The notes under the pieces are model-generated. The model had not been told where the DNA came from, did no database searches, and saw only the letters and a list, made by a program, of their open reading frames with translations. From Myxococcota bacterium (GTDB taxonomy: Bacteria; Myxococcota_A; UBA9042; PHBI01; JAWLBL01): a DNA stretch of 51,668 nt. The stretch covers positions 1 through 51,668 of the forward strand of contig JAWLBL010000002.1 in the NCBI GenBank assembly GCA_041687695.1. The letters are read 5' to 3'. This document shows, piece by piece, positions 48,828-51,668 of this stretch (position 1 is its first letter; each line of letters begins with the position of its first letter). Made by a program: the position numbers and the translations under genes.

Positions 48828-51317
48828 ATGAGCGAGAGCGCGGCGTCGGGGCATCGGTGGCGGTTCTTTCGGACCAGCGGGCTGGATCAGGTGCGCGTCG
48901 CCAGCGGCGAGGACCTGGCGAACCTGAAGGCGCTGGACCAGAAGATGTGGGTCGCGCTGGCCTGCCCGGTGAAGGGGCTGGCGATGGACGATCGCACGCT
49001 GGCGGCGCTCGACACCGACAAGGACGGGCGCGTCCGGGCCCGTGAGGTGCTGGACGCCATCGCCTTCTGCGAGGCGCGGCTGAAGGACCTGGGGGCGCTG
49101 CTGAGGCAGGAGCCGGATCTGCCGCTGAGCGCGCTGGACGAGGGCAAGCCGGCCGGCAAGGCGGCGCTGGCCGCGGCGCGCGAGCTGCTCGAGGGGCTGG
49201 GCAAGCCCGAGGCCGAGCGCATCGGGCTCGGCGACGTGGCCGACACCGCCAAGGCGTTCGCGAAGACGCGCTTCAACGGCGACGGCATCGTCACGCCGGC
49301 CTCCAGCGAGGACGCGCTGCTGGCCGGGGTGATCACCGACATCGTGGCCACCCTGGGCGGCGAGGCGGATCGCAGCGGGGCCCAGGGCGTGGGGCAGGCC
49401 AAGATCGACGCCTTCTGGAAGGAGCTGGAGGCCGTGGCGGCCTGGGCCGACGACGGCGAGGCGCGGGGCGACGAGGTGCGGCCGCTGGGGGCGAAGACCG
49501 AGGCGGCCGCGGCGGCGGTGGCGGCGGTCAAGGCCAAGATCGACGACTACTTCGCCCGCTGCCGGCTGGTCGCCTTCGACGCGCGGGCGCAGGGGGCGCT
49601 GAACTACCCGGACGCGGCGTACGACGCGGTGGGCGCGGCCACGCTCTCGGCCTCGGCCAAGGAGCTGGCGCACTTCCCGCTGGCGCGGGTCGAGCCGGGG
49701 CGGGCGCTGCCGCTGGCGGGGGTGAACCCGGCGTGGGCGGCCGAGGTGGCCGCGCTGGCGAGCGACGCGGTGGCCCCGCTGCTGGGCGAGCGGACGGAGC
49801 TGACCGAGGCCGAGTGGGGCGCGCTGCAGGCGCGGCTGGCGGCGCACCTCGGGTGGATGGGCAAGCGCCCCGACTCGCCGGTGCAGAAGCTGGGGCTCGA
49901 GCGGGTGCGGGCCATCCTGGCGACCGACGCCAAGGCGCAGCTGACGGAGCTGGTCGCGCGGGACGCCGCCATGGCCGAGGCGTTCGGAGCCATCGAGCAG
50001 CTGGACAAGCTCATCCGCCTGTACCGGGATCTGGCCGAGCTGGTCGGCAACTTCGTGTCCTTCGAGCGCTTCTACGCGCGGCAGCACAAGGCGATCTTCC
50101 AGGCCGGCACGCTGTTTCTGGACGGCCGCTCGTGCGACCTGTGCGTGCGGGTCGACAACCCGGGCAAGCACGCGGGGCTGGCGGCGCTGAGCAAGTGCTT
50201 CGTCGCCTACTGCGATCTCACCCGCCCCGGCGGCGAGAAGATGCAGATCGCGGCCGTGTTCAGCGACGGCGACAGCGACTTCCTGACCGTGGGACGCAAC
50301 GGCGTCTTCTACGACCGGCAGGGCAAGGACTGGGACGCGACCATCACGTCCATAGTGGCCAACCCCATCAGCATCCGGCAGGCGTTCTACGCGCCCTACA
50401 AGCGCTTCGTGCGGCTGGTCGAGGAGCAGGTGGCCAAGCGGGCGACCGAGGCCGACACGGCCAACGCGGGCAAGCTGACCGAGGCCGCGCAGGCGACCGC
50501 CAAGGTCGACCAGGCCAAGCCGCCCGCCAAGTTCGATCTGTCGACCATCGCCCTCATCGGCGTGGCCGTCAGCGGCGCGGCGGCCGTGGTCGGCGGGCTG
50601 CTCGAGGCCTTCTTCGGGCTCGGGATGTGGATGCCGCTGGGGCTGCTGGGCCTGGTGCTGCTGATCTCGGGGCCGTCGATGCTCATCGCGGCGCTGAAGC
50701 TGCGGCAGCGCAGCCTGGGGCCGATCCTGGACGCCACCGGCTGGGCCATCAACGGGCGGGTGGCGCTGAACATCCCGTTCGGCGGCTCGCTGACCCAGGT
50801 GGCGACCCTGCCGGTCGGGGCCGAGCGCAAGCTTGCCGACCCGTATCAGCCGCGAAAGAGCCCCTGGCGCGTGGTGGCCAAGGCCGCCGTCGCGGCGATC
50901 GTGGTCGGGCTGGTGAGCCTGTTCGGCTACCACCAGAACCTGCTGCCCAACGCGATGGCCAAGTCGATGGGCTTCATGGGCGTGCCCAAGCACCTGCGGG
51001 TCGCCAAGGAGCAGGCCCAGACCGGCGTCGAGGAGGCGCGGGCGGCGGTCGCGGCGGCGACCGAGCAGAGCGAGGCGGCCAAGAAGACGTTGCTGGAGCT
51101 GGTGCAGGCCGAGGCGCCGATGAGCGCGAAGGTGGTGCGCGCGACCTCGCGGGCGCAGCGGGCGGAGGCCAAGCTGGCGCGGGCGCAGGACCGGCTCGAC
51201 CGGCTCGAGGCGCGGCTCGAGGCGGCCAACGAGGCGCTCGACTGGGCCATCGACGCCGACGAGCAGCGGGCCGAGGAGGCGGAGGAGGCCGACAAGGCCA
51301 GCGCGCTGGTCGAGTAG
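48828..51317 (+). CDS. Hypothetical membrane protein with an EF-hand-like loop and a C-terminal coiled coil, about 829 aa
   Basis: DTDKDGRVRARE loop, RFNGDGI, VGRNGVFYDRQGKDWDATI, three hydrophobic segments, heptad-rich tail. Confidence 0.85.
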   Translation: MSESAASGHRWRFFRTSGLDQVRVASGEDLANLKALDQKMWVALACPVKGLAMDDRTLAALDTDKDGRVRAREVLDAIAFCEARLKDLGALLRQEPDLPLSALDEGKPAGKAALAAARELLEGLGKPEAERIGLGDVADTAKAFAKTRFNGDGIVTPASSEDALLAGVITDIVATLGGEADRSGAQGVGQAKIDAFWKELEAVAAWADDGEARGDEVRPLGAKTEAAAAAVAAVKAKIDDYFARCRLVAFDARAQGALNYPDAAYDAVGAATLSASAKELAHFPLARVEPGRALPLAGVNPAWAAEVAALASDAVAPLLGERTELTEAEWGALQARLAAHLGWMGKRPDSPVQKLGLERVRAILATDAKAQLTELVARDAAMAEAFGAIEQLDKLIRLYRDLAELVGNFVSFERFYARQHKAIFQAGTLFLDGRSCDLCVRVDNPGKHAGLAALSKCFVAYCDLTRPGGEKMQIAAVFSDGDSDFLTVGRNGVFYDRQGKDWDATITSIVANPISIRQAFYAPYKRFVRLVEEQVAKRATEADTANAGKLTEAAQATAKVDQAKPPAKFDLSTIALIGVAVSGAAAVVGGLLEAFFGLGMWMPLGLLGLVLLISGPSMLIAALKLRQRSLGPILDATGWAINGRVALNIPFGGSLTQVATLPVGAERKLADPYQPRKSPWRVVAKAAVAAIVVGLVSLFGYHQNLLPNAMAKSMGFMGVPKHLRVAKEQAQTGVEEARAAVAAATEQSEAAKKTLLELVQAEAPMSAKVVRATSRAQRAEAKLARAQDRLDRLEARLEAANEALDWAIDADEQRAEEAEEADKASALVE

Positions 51318-51330
51318 GCGCGCGCGAGTC

Positions 51331-51668
51331 CGGCCGGCTGGAAGCCGGCGATCCCAGGGGCTGCGGTCGCGGAAAGGTCGCCCATCCGGCCGGCTGGAAG
51401 CCGGCGTCGTGTTGATGCCGGCGGAGGCGCCTTGGAGTGCTCCAGCTTGCTGGAGCCCCGGCCCCGGCGGCTTGCCGCCGGGATCGGGCGGCCAACCCGG
51501 CGCAGCAAGCTGCTCCGGATGGGGGCTCCACCAAGGTGGAGCACTCCGGTTGGCCTTTGACGACGCCCTCTGGAAGCCGGCGTCGTGTTGATGCCGGCGG
51601 AGGCGCCTTGGAGTGCTCCAGCTTGCTGGAGCCCCGGCCCCGGCGGCTTGCCGCCGGGATCGGGCGGC
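51331..51668. repeat. Second REP mosaic: inverted REP units plus tandem (176-bp period) copies of the four-hairpin element, running off the window
   Basis: 51331-51360 is the exact reverse complement of 34619-34648. Element copies lie at 51434-51547 and from 51610 to the window end. Confidence 0.9.

Noticed and set aside
180..51415. Many long alternative-frame and antisense ORFs (e.g. 739-5103, 2808-6785, 6380-9487, 20584-24525, 27737-30616, 48528-50993)
   Set aside because: These are shadow ORFs expected at very high GC; they are Arg/Pro/Ala-rich, lack motifs and overlap better-supported genes.

Overview
Very GC-rich (about 70-75% by eye) bacterial chromosome segment with a Myxococcota/deltaproteobacterial gene style (many lipoproteins, Cys-rich repeat proteins, a hybrid kinase, Uma2 paralogues). 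I support 25 protein-coding loci, two of them split by a single-base frameshift, and found no rRNA, tRNA or CRISPR array. From left to right: the 3' part of a REP-associated tyrosine transposase (RAYT-like) followed by a 3x12-bp repeat; a minus-strand signalling cluster (cytochrome-c-like lipoprotein, NtrC-type regulator lacking GAFTGA, paired palindromic operators, S8 subtilase lipoprotein carrying an exactly duplicated 11-aa peptide, and a translationally coupled Ser/Thr kinase-ATPase-TPR-GAF-His kinase); frameshifted RlmD-like methyltransferase; several secreted repeat proteins; a GAF protein; an HD protein; an AsmA-like/TamB/Omp85 operon; rarD; a REP mosaic; an accessory stretch (AlbA_2 protein, transglutaminase-like lipoprotein, Fic, Uma2); a frameshifted SEC-C gene; an FMN glutamate-synthase-family gene; a large lipoprotein; a second Uma2; an EF-hand membrane protein; and a second REP mosaic. 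The best candidates for something undescribed are the protease/peptide/kinase/atypical-activator cluster (0.9-11.6 kb) and a dispersed four-hairpin element of about 115 bp showing a compensatory base-pair change. All product calls come from reading motifs by eye; no database search was run.
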